From: Deltaproteobacteria bacterium
Lineage (GTDB): Bacteria > Bdellovibrionota_B > Oligoflexia > Oligoflexales > Bog-1112
DNA: 64,000 nucleotides
Assembly: GCA_016186945.1 (NCBI GenBank)
Contig: JACPKR010000038.1
Span: 15,472 to 79,471 of the forward strand
Reading direction: 5' to 3'
Shown: piece after piece, positions 45,761 through 53,296 of the stretch
Layout of the letters: each line of letters begins with the position of its first letter
Position numbering within the stretch: position 1 is the first letter of the stretch
Position numbers and translations under genes: made by a program
Notes under the pieces: model-generated
The model's input: only the letters and a program-made list of their open reading frames with translations
Databases searched by the model: none
Told to the model about the DNA's origin: nothing

Positions 45761-47590
45761 CTAAAGCGGCTTTAGAACACGGTCTAATACTTCACGCTTG
45801 TGCTCAATATACCCGACCTCTGTGAGGAGCCTGCTAAACGCATCCCCAAAACTGTCTAAGGACTGCTGAACGCAAGATGTGAAAGATTGGTTCATCGAAC
45901 TTTCCGTTAAGAGCATTGCTCGGACAGCTAGCGTGCCCGCGACTACAGCCACACTCGTTCCCTTTCCTCCAACCCCCTTGTCCGGAGACGTCGATTTTGT
46001 GCTTGCATCTACACCTTGCAATCTTTGAGCAGTCGCAAATTCCTGCGCAAATGTACGCGCCTGAGCCTCAACCCTACTCGGGATGGACATGATCCCCCCC
46101 CCGAAATCCTTCTTGTAGATTCTCCCTAAGCAAGTCCCTGTCACCGCAGCACAATTATGGGTTAGGATATTGTACTCCCTACCGTACGAATTTTGAGCGC
46201 CCATCATTCTTTCTCTCATTGTTCGATAGGTCTGCAAATTATGGGCTATCTTCGCTCTGCCTGCCACACTGAGTTGCTCAAATTTCGGGTACGCAAGCTC
46301 TGGCTTGAGTCGCTGCTGTTCTGATGGAAAAATGTGATGCCAATATATGTCCTCCCCTTCAAGCAAGCCCATTTCCGCCTTCAGGGAACTTGTCAGGGTC
46401 GAGTAACTTTCAAGATTGTCCCTTAGAAAGACATAGTTTCGCATGTCCACCTGCAATTTTTGTAAAATTTCTGGCTCAGATGTTCTCAGACGCTCATAGT
46501 CATCAAAGCCTGTAAGAAAGTCTGCTCGTTTCAGGTAGGCTTCAAGAGCTTCATTAGTGGACAAATTTAACCTAGTTTTTAAAGATTCCTTGACCTCAGC
46601 AAGGTGGCTCTTCAACCCACTGTCGTAAATATTTTTTTCTTCAAAGTAAACTGTTTGTTGGAACCATTTGTGAAAGCTCTCGAACTGCTCTTCGGTCATG
46701 GGAGGCAATTCCGTAATCACCCTTCTGGTTGTTCCAAAACGAGCCGCATCAACCTCATAGCTATTTCCCATAGCCCAGGAAATATAGACACGGCGTGGAC
46801 TAGGCGTTTCGTCACCAATGAGGAGAGCTGAGTGTCCAAACATTTTGAGAAGAGCTATGCTTGGATCAATTTTTTCAGGATGCCATGTAATCAATCTAAC
46901 TCTTATAGCGCCGACCTGGCCTGGAGTTGCAAGACCAAGGGACAGCTTTTGCCCAAAAGAGCTGAAGTTTATCTGCCCTTGTCTGTGATACTGTTCCTGG
47001 AAGAATTCAGGGCCGTTTTCAATTAATTCATCTACAGACCCCCTATAATCCTCAACCGACTTTTTAAAAGTATCTTCCTCCTGGTTATTCCCTAGACAAA
47101 CATCCAGAGAATTCTTATGGGCTTCAAACGAGTTGTAAAGTTCTGTCAGTGTCTCTGACATTTCGATATTTAGTGATAACGTTAGGCGATGAACATCGAA
47201 CATAGTCTGATCGTTATAGGAATCGAAAGTTATCTTCCGTTCCTCTGACCATGGGGAGCATTTCCCATCGTCACTCTGCCCGGAAAATTGACATCGTCTA
47301 AATTGCAGAGAGTTGGCTCCAGGAACAAATCCAACCAGGTTAAGTTTCGACTCAGATGAAAAGTCTTCGACACAAGATTGCTTGTCACAAATTTTGTATC
47401 GGAAAAACTCACCCTTGTTCAGCGGAAACTCAAGAACAGGAATTTTCTCGTTATTGACGGTCTGATACGAAATGTTCCCCAGCTGCTGCCCAGAAAGCGT
47501 CTGCTCCTCCTCATGGCTTTTTTTGCAGGTTGACATGAGGAATAGAATTGAACATAGAGCTAGAGTAGCAACTCTGCGAACTCGTAGCAT
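45761..47590 (-). CDS. hypothetical lipoprotein, paralog A (His...Asn-Cys motif)
   Basis: Lipobox LFLMSTC. Cys-rich N-domain, FGHSALLIG (His codon 46832-46834) and YNILTHNCAAV (Cys codon 46151-46153). Paralogous to the upstream gene. Confidence 0.6.
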   Translation of the reverse strand: MLRVRRVATLALCSILFLMSTCKKSHEEEQTLSGQQLGNISYQTVNNEKIPVLEFPLNKGEFFRYKICDKQSCVEDFSSESKLNLVGFVPGANSLQFRRCQFSGQSDDGKCSPWSEERKITFDSYNDQTMFDVHRLTLSLNIEMSETLTELYNSFEAHKNSLDVCLGNNQEEDTFKKSVEDYRGSVDELIENGPEFFQEQYHRQGQINFSSFGQKLSLGLATPGQVGAIRVRLITWHPEKIDPSIALLKMFGHSALLIGDETPSPRRVYISWAMGNSYEVDAARFGTTRRVITELPPMTEEQFESFHKWFQQTVYFEEKNIYDSGLKSHLAEVKESLKTRLNLSTNEALEAYLKRADFLTGFDDYERLRTSEPEILQKLQVDMRNYVFLRDNLESYSTLTSSLKAEMGLLEGEDIYWHHIFPSEQQRLKPELAYPKFEQLSVAGRAKIAHNLQTYRTMRERMMGAQNSYGREYNILTHNCAAVTGTCLGRIYKKDFGGGIMSIPSRVEAQARTFAQEFATAQRLQGVDASTKSTSPDKGVGGKGTSVAVVAGTLAVRAMLLTESSMNQSFTSCVQQSLDSFGDAFSRLLTEVGYIEHKREVLDRVLKPL

Positions 47591-47602
47591 TTAAACTCCA
47601 AG

Positions 47603-49186
47603 TCATCGTTTTTGATACATGTTGTCAAATCGTTCAGACTGTGCTTGAAGAATGGCTTCAAAAAAAGCCTGAGAGCGAACCTGATATTCTTCCAGCAGTC
47701 CACTACACGATCCTTCTAGACGCATAGAGGCAGCAGCACCGGCAACCGCTGCTCCGGTTAAAACAATTCCCAACAGAGCGACTCCCCTGGCATCACCGCT
47801 TGTGCGTCTGGCCTTCATCTCTCCCCGAACAGCCTCCTGCTTATGAGCCAAAGCCTGTGAACGCACTAGTGCTGGGGTGTCACTTGCTTGGATTGTTCTA
47901 TGTTGGTAGGGACGGAATTCATCGGTATTGTAAATGTCCTGTAAAACGCACATGCCTCTTTGCGCGCAATTCCAATTTGCTTTGTTATAGCTCTTTTCCT
48001 TCTGTTTTCTTGTACGATAGGCTCGCTGATATTCAAGAACCTTTTGGTAAGAATCAGAGTCCGGTTTTTTCCGAAGGGTTTCCTGCCATTTTTTCCCTTC
48101 TCTCCCTTCCAACCACGAATACGCGTCTTTTTGCGCAGTGCCCGCAGGGAGGTCTTGCTTGAACTTGGAAAACGTTGTCTCTTCAACTTTGCGAAGTTGG
48201 GTGTCCAACTCTTCATCCCAATAGCCACCCGTCTTCTGGTATGCCGCTTTGAACTGAGCCGCTTTCTCTTTCGTGATTTCCGGAAGTTCGATCACTTCCA
48301 GATCGGTCTTCTGGAATACATCCACGTCTTCACTCCAGCTATTGCGAAACGGAACTGAGTAGTAATCTGCCCCTTCTGGAAGAGATCTTGTTTCGAGTGC
48401 CGATTCCAGGTTAAATGCTCCTACAACGATGGCAACATGCCGATCATTGATTATTCTCTGGTAGAGTCTATCAAAGAATTGGGGCAACTCCTTCTGCTTC
48501 CAAACAAGCAAGGTTACTTTTACCGACTCTTTGTTAACGAGTTCAAATTTGTCAGTTTGTTCGGTTTGAAGAGCAGAAATTATGAACTGCGGGTTGGTCT
48601 CAACATCGATACGATTAGCAAAATGGAACGGAGTAGGGTCCCTTACTATAGCTGCTGAAACAAAGCTGTCGGGCTGGATGCCACACTGACGTAATTTTTC
48701 TCTCCACTCAACCGCATAAAGAAAAAACTCACTCGCTGACGATCTCACCAGAAGAGAATTCGTCCGTTCATTTGCCACGAACGTCGACAATTCAGCCGGA
48801 ACCTCTCCCTGCTGATAAGGAAAGGGAGGAAGCGAGTCTCGGCAAGCCAAACCGTCAATGTTTGTCCAACGACAAAAAAAAAGGGTGACCGTGTACTGTC
48901 CCGGAGCAAGCCAGTCTATTGTATGATTCTGAAAGGTAAAGAAATCAGTCTGGCATTCAGAATCACTTGCCTTGTCGGGGCAGATTTCGACCCGTACAAT
49001 GTCTTGCGGGTCCTTCTTTGGGAAATTTAAACCAAGAAACTTGGTCCCTTTGGCAGCTTCAGTTTCAAAGGTCTCATAAACCAAAACTCGATTAGGGCCT
49101 GTTGATTCCCCTTCCAGCACTGGCCTCTTAGGGGTTTTGCACCCAAAAGCAAGAAAAAGGAAAACTACAACGCATATGTTTTTCAT
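47603..49186 (-). CDS. hypothetical lipoprotein, paralog B (His...Asn-Cys motif)
   Basis: ATG at 49186 gives MKNICVVVFLFLAFGC (lipobox). DRHVAIVVG (His codon 48437-48439) and YNKANWNCAQRG (Cys codon 47966-47968). Confidence 0.6.
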   Translation of the reverse strand: MKNICVVVFLFLAFGCKTPKRPVLEGESTGPNRVLVYETFETEAAKGTKFLGLNFPKKDPQDIVRVEICPDKASDSECQTDFFTFQNHTIDWLAPGQYTVTLFFCRWTNIDGLACRDSLPPFPYQQGEVPAELSTFVANERTNSLLVRSSASEFFLYAVEWREKLRQCGIQPDSFVSAAIVRDPTPFHFANRIDVETNPQFIISALQTEQTDKFELVNKESVKVTLLVWKQKELPQFFDRLYQRIINDRHVAIVVGAFNLESALETRSLPEGADYYSVPFRNSWSEDVDVFQKTDLEVIELPEITKEKAAQFKAAYQKTGGYWDEELDTQLRKVEETTFSKFKQDLPAGTAQKDAYSWLEGREGKKWQETLRKKPDSDSYQKVLEYQRAYRTRKQKEKSYNKANWNCAQRGMCVLQDIYNTDEFRPYQHRTIQASDTPALVRSQALAHKQEAVRGEMKARRTSGDARGVALLGIVLTGAAVAGAAASMRLEGSCSGLLEEYQVRSQAFFEAILQAQSERFDNMYQKR

Positions 49187-49229
49187 TTTCAGTTCCCAAT
49201 GTGCATAATCCATGTTGTTGTTTCAGTAT

Positions 49230-49498
49230 ATTATGCATAAGCCACGCGGGGCAAGGAGGTGGTTTGGAGGAAACGTAATGCGTAAGCCACGCGGGGCAAG
49301 GAGGTGGTTTGGAGGAAACGTAATGCGTAAGCCACGCGGGGCAAGGAGATGGTTTGGAGGAAACGTAATGCGTAAGCGACGCGGGGCAAGGAGGTGGTTT
49401 GGAGGAAACGTAATGCGTAAGCCACTCGGGGCAAGGAGGTGGTTTGGAGGAAACTGCGCAGCTGGTTCCTCCAAGAAATCCCTGGGGGGAGGCGGCTC
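49230..49498 (+). repeat. MITE-1 copy 13: four 45-bp tandem units of TIR plus left arm, then a complete left half with core hairpin
   Basis: Units start at 49230, 49275, 49320, 49365 and 49410. The unit is GTAATGCGTAAGCCACGCGGGGCAAGGAGGTGGTTTGGAGGAAAC. Confidence 0.9.
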
Positions 49499-49500
49499 CT

Positions 49501-49965
49501 CTAAGCTTTCTGATCCCCCGACCTTCCAAAGGAATCAACGGGCAGTCTGGTGGGATGACCGCGTTCATTGACAGACACAAGGCGGACAAGGCCAGTGACA
49601 TGCGTGCTAGTTACCCCGTTTTCATTTAGACACGCAGTATGGTGGCAGGTGACTACTGCAGGATGGTCGAACACGATCTTACTTTTTATTGTGATGACGT
49701 CGCCATGACGGACGGGTTTGTGGAAGCTAAGCTGAGCATCCTTCACGACGAAGTGCTTGCCTTCGAGGTAAAGTTTCCTCAGTTGCTCGCGACCGAAAAG
49801 TTCTTCCCGAGCACGTTCGAAGAATTTTAGAAAATTAGCGTGATAGACATAACCCGTGAAGTCCGTATCTTCATAGTAAATCGGCACCTGGAATTCACCT
49901 TCCACAAGTCTCCTCGAAAGTTTCCGTCTAGGAGCGGCTTTTGAATTTATTGAGAAGGTCCTCAA
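49501..49965 (-). CDS. acyl-CoA thioesterase, 4HBT/YbgC family
   Basis: YYEDTDFTGYVYHANFLKFFERAREE hot-dog motif. A GTG at 49905 would avoid overlap with tex. Confidence 0.75.
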   Translation of the reverse strand: MRTFSINSKAAPRRKLSRRLVEGEFQVPIYYEDTDFTGYVYHANFLKFFERAREELFGREQLRKLYLEGKHFVVKDAQLSFHKPVRHGDVITIKSKIVFDHPAVVTCHHTACLNENGVTSTHVTGLVRLVSVNERGHPTRLPVDSFGRSGDQKA

Positions 49966-52366
49966 CGGAAAAGTGCTGCTCCTCCCGCTTCGGTCCTCGA
50001 TACCCGCCCCTCTCCTGTCTGCGAGGCGGATGGGAAGGATTGCCCTGGGGCCTTCTACTGTCAGACTGCTGACGATGGTGGGGCTTCACGTTTCCGTTCA
50101 CGTTGGGCGCTTCAGTACCTTGCGCACGCATCTGCGTTTGCGGTTTTCGGCAACTCAGGCTTATCCGGTTGCGTATCTTGTCCACACCGATGACATAGAC
50201 ACTCAGTATATCACCGACTGAAAAAGCAGTCGAAGGATCCGAACCGGTCTGAGGAGGAAGTTCACTGATGTGCACCAATCCATCCTGATGCACTCCTATA
50301 TCCACAAAACATCCGAAGCGCGTGACGTTGGAAACTGTACCCTTCAAGGGCATCCCAACTTTCAAGTCATGAATACTTGTCAGAGTGTTGGAAAACTCGA
50401 GGCGAGTGTTATCCTGACGCGGGTCACGTCCTGGTTTGGCAAGTTCCTTTACGATATCAAGAAGCGTAGGCATCCCTACTTCGTCATTTACATATCGCTC
50501 AAGTGGGATTGTTTTTATAAGCTCCTGCTTACCGATCAAATCACGCAGGGAAATTTGCAAGTCCTGTGCAAGCCGCTCGACGATGCTATAGCGTTCGGGA
50601 TGCACAGCTGAATTTTCCAGAGGGTTTTCTGAAAGCGAGGTGCGGAGGAACCCAGCAGCCTGCTCGAAGATCTTGGGGCCAAGCCCACTCACCTGCAAAA
50701 GTTCCTGGCGAGAACGAATGCCCCCTTGTTTGTCTCGGTACGCAACGAGGCTCTTTGCGAGTCCCGGTCCGATACCGGAAACGTTGCTGAGTAGCTTGAA
50801 CGAAGCAGTATTCATGTCCACTCCGACACGGTTCACGCAGCTACCGACAGTTTCCTGCAAAGTTTTATCAAGCTTGGAAGCGTCGCAGTCGTGCTGATAC
50901 TGCCCGATCCCCAGTGAGCGGGGGTCGATCTTAACCAATTCAGCAAGGGGGTCTTGCAGACGTCTAGCAATGCTCACCGCACTGCGTATGGTGGGGTCAA
51001 GGTCCGGAAATTCTTCCCGCGCAATCTGGTCGGTGGAATACACACTCGCGCCCGACTCGTTCACCATGTACCGCTTGATGTGTTCAAGGCCTTCCTTTCG
51101 AAGGACACCCAGGACAAAACGATCGACTTCCCGACTTCCCGTCCCGTTCCCCAAAGCAATACAATCGACTTTATGGCGTTCCAAAAGTTCCCTGAAAATC
51201 CTTTCCGCCTGTGCATTCTTGGGATCGTCCCCTTCCGAAAAGCGAGGAAAGATCACCCGGTGCTCCAAAAGTGCTCCGGTTGCCGACACAACCGCCAGTT
51301 TTGAACCTGTGCGCAAGCCTGGGTCGATACCACACACCACTTTCCCAGGAAGAGGGGGTAGAAGAAGAAGACTTTGAAGATTCGAAGCAAAAACGCGTAT
51401 GGCCTCTTCCTCTGCTCTTATGCGTAAATCCATGCGAAGCTCGGTTTCAATCGCGGGAGCGACAAGCCTTTTGTACGCATCCGCAACAGCTTCCTGAACC
51501 CAACGGGCAAGGTCTTGGGGAAGGGTTTCGGTTCTCTTTTCTTTTTTGATCGCAGCAAGGATTTCGTCCTTGATTCGCTCGGCATCGACCTCGATGCTGA
51601 CTTGTAGAACTTTCTCAGCCTCACCCCTTCGCACAGCCATGACACGATGAGAAGGCGCCCTCTGGATGGATTCGCGGTAGGAAAAATAGTTCTCGTATTT
51701 TTCCGCAGTCTTTTTCAGTTCTTCGGTGTTGGCACGCTCGTTCTGTTTAGCGGAGAGCATGCCAGTCTCAAAACTGATCCTTCTGGCCAAAGCTCGCAGC
51801 TCTGCTGTTTCGTTGATCTGCTCGGCAAAAATGTCAGCGGCACCCTTTAATGCTTCCTCCTCATCCGCAACAGCGAGTGCGGGGTCCACACCTTCTGTTT
51901 TCACGTATGTCCTAGCGAGTTCACGCAAGTCTCCCACCGCAGCCCATCTTTCGAGAATGGTCTTGAGCAAAGCGTCGAGACCCTTTTCCCTCGCCACGCT
52001 GGCCCGTGTCTTGCGTTTTGGCTTAAACGGAAGGTAGATGTCTTCCAACTCCTGCTTGGTAAGGCACTGTCGGATCTTCTCCTTCAACTGAGGCAGTTTT
52101 TGAGCAAGTTCTGGTTTTGCCTTAGCATGTTCTTCGATCACCTTGAGGTAGCGTTCCTTCGTCGTGTCCAACTCGGTCATGTAAGTGTAACGATCACGAA
52201 CTTGTTGCAGTGTAAGTTCAGTCATCGATCCAGTTTTTTCCTTTCGATAACGCGTCACGAATGGAATCGTACATTTTTCCTCGAAGAGAAGTTCCACCGC
52301 ATTTTTCACGTGAACTTCTTCAACCTTCAGCTCTTCAGCCAACTTGCCAATCACTGACCCTGACAT
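49928..52366 (-). CDS. tex: transcription accessory protein Tex (S1 RNA-binding)
   Basis: Tex N-terminal HTH, YqgF-like and HhH regions and a C-terminal S1 domain (GTVSNVTRFGCFVDIG..DGLVHISEL). Confidence 0.9.
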   Translation of the reverse strand: MSGSVIGKLAEELKVEEVHVKNAVELLFEEKCTIPFVTRYRKEKTGSMTELTLQQVRDRYTYMTELDTTKERYLKVIEEHAKAKPELAQKLPQLKEKIRQCLTKQELEDIYLPFKPKRKTRASVAREKGLDALLKTILERWAAVGDLRELARTYVKTEGVDPALAVADEEEALKGAADIFAEQINETAELRALARRISFETGMLSAKQNERANTEELKKTAEKYENYFSYRESIQRAPSHRVMAVRRGEAEKVLQVSIEVDAERIKDEILAAIKKEKRTETLPQDLARWVQEAVADAYKRLVAPAIETELRMDLRIRAEEEAIRVFASNLQSLLLLPPLPGKVVCGIDPGLRTGSKLAVVSATGALLEHRVIFPRFSEGDDPKNAQAERIFRELLERHKVDCIALGNGTGSREVDRFVLGVLRKEGLEHIKRYMVNESGASVYSTDQIAREEFPDLDPTIRSAVSIARRLQDPLAELVKIDPRSLGIGQYQHDCDASKLDKTLQETVGSCVNRVGVDMNTASFKLLSNVSGIGPGLAKSLVAYRDKQGGIRSRQELLQVSGLGPKIFEQAAGFLRTSLSENPLENSAVHPERYSIVERLAQDLQISLRDLIGKQELIKTIPLERYVNDEVGMPTLLDIVKELAKPGRDPRQDNTRLEFSNTLTSIHDLKVGMPLKGTVSNVTRFGCFVDIGVHQDGLVHISELPPQTGSDPSTAFSVGDILSVYVIGVDKIRNRISLSCRKPQTQMRAQGTEAPNVNGNVKPHHRQQSDSRRPQGNPSHPPRRQERGGYRGPKREEQHFSVEDLLNKFKSRS

Positions 52367-52404
52367 TTTAAATCCTATCTTTAATGGGGGTGTTGAAACC
52401 CGAC

Positions 52405-52824
52405 TTAGCTATAGATTTCCGTCTTGGAGAAGAAATAACCTAGCTCCCTTTCAGCAGATACAACGGAATCAGAACCATGGATCGTATTTTCTCCGATACT
52501 CTTCGCGTAGGTTCGTCGTATGGTCCCGTCCGCTGCTTGTGCTGGGTTGGTGGCTCCCATAATGTCACGATTTCTCTTCACAGCGTTCTCACCTTTCAAG
52601 GCCATCAGTACGACAGGAGTTGAGCTTAAAAACGCTGTCAGTTCGTCGAAAAAAGACTTTCCTCTGTGCTCAGCATAGAATCCTTCCGCCTCTTCCCGCG
52701 AAAGTTTTTTCATCTTCATTGCCGCAATTCTAAAGCCTTCTTCCTCATAGCGCCCGATGATTTTACCAATAAGATTCCTACGCATGGCATCAGGCTTAAT
52801 GATCGCTAATGTAACTTCGTCCAA
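52405..52824 (-). CDS. ndk: nucleoside diphosphate kinase
   Basis: LAIIKPDA and NTIHGSD (active-site His) with full-length NDK architecture. TTG start. Confidence 0.95.
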   Translation of the reverse strand: MDEVTLAIIKPDAMRRNLIGKIIGRYEEEGFRIAAMKMKKLSREEAEGFYAEHRGKSFFDELTAFLSSTPVVLMALKGENAVKRNRDIMGATNPAQAADGTIRRTYAKSIGENTIHGSDSVVSAERELGYFFSKTEIYS

Positions 52825-52864
52825 CTCTTATCCCTTTCTTGTCAATTTTGCCATTAAAAGCGCC

Positions 52865-52892
52865 ATACTACCTATTTTTCGCGATTTGACAA
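52865..52892 (-). promoter_or_regulatory. candidate sigma70-type promoter for ndk
   Basis: On the minus strand, TTGTCA-16 nt-TAGTAT. This is about 35-40 nt upstream of the ndk start and directly downstream of the A-tract array. Confidence 0.3.
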
Positions 52893-52921
52893 GATGCTCC
52901 CGCTTAGACGAGGCTGCCGTT

Positions 52922-52949
52922 GGATCCCGCGGTCAAGCCGCGGGATGAC
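52922..52949 (+). repeat. REP-like hairpin element, copy 1
   Basis: GGATCCCGCGGTCAAGCCGCGGGATGAC (7-bp perfect stem CCCGCGG/CCGCGGG, loop TCAAG). Second copy at 59379-59406. Confidence 0.8.
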
Positions 52950-53284
52950 AGACTCAAAAAAGCGGGATGACAGACTCAAAAAAGCGGGATGACAGACTCA
53001 AAAAAGCGGGATGACAGACTCAAAAAAGCGGGAAACAGACTCAAAAAAGCGGGAAACAGACTCAAAAAAGCGGGAAACAGACTCAAAAAAGCGGGAAACA
53101 GACTCAAAAAAGCGGGAAACAGACTCAAAAAAGCGGGATGACAGACTCAAAAAAGCGGGAAACAGACTCAAAAAAGCGGGATGACAGACTCAAAAAAGCG
53201 GGATGACAGACTCAAAAAAGCGGGATGACAGACTCAAAAAAGCGGGAAACAGACTCAAAAAAGCGGGATGACAGACTCAAAAAA
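52940..53284. repeat. 16-unit tandem array of 22-bp (GCGGGATGACAGACTCAAAAAA) and 21-bp (GCGGGAAACAGACTCAAAAAA) units
   Basis: Counted unit by unit. The order is L L L L S S S S S L S L L L S L (9 long, 7 short, 345 bp). Units are otherwise identical. Confidence 0.95.
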
Positions 53285-53296
53285 GTTTGTCCCCCA

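Noticed and set aside
49128-49601. ORFs 49212-49571 (+), 49128-49601 (-), 49223-49474 (-) and 49231-49434 (-) encoding 15-aa repeat peptides
   Set aside because: They are generated by the 45-bp (15-codon) tandem MITE-1 units, are open in several frames on both strands, and overlap the real lipoprotein and thioesterase gene ends.
52940-53284. Regularly spaced direct repeats, considered as a CRISPR array
   Set aside because: The units are contiguous with no spacers, are only 21-22 bp long, and no cas genes or leader are present. It is a simple tandem repeat.
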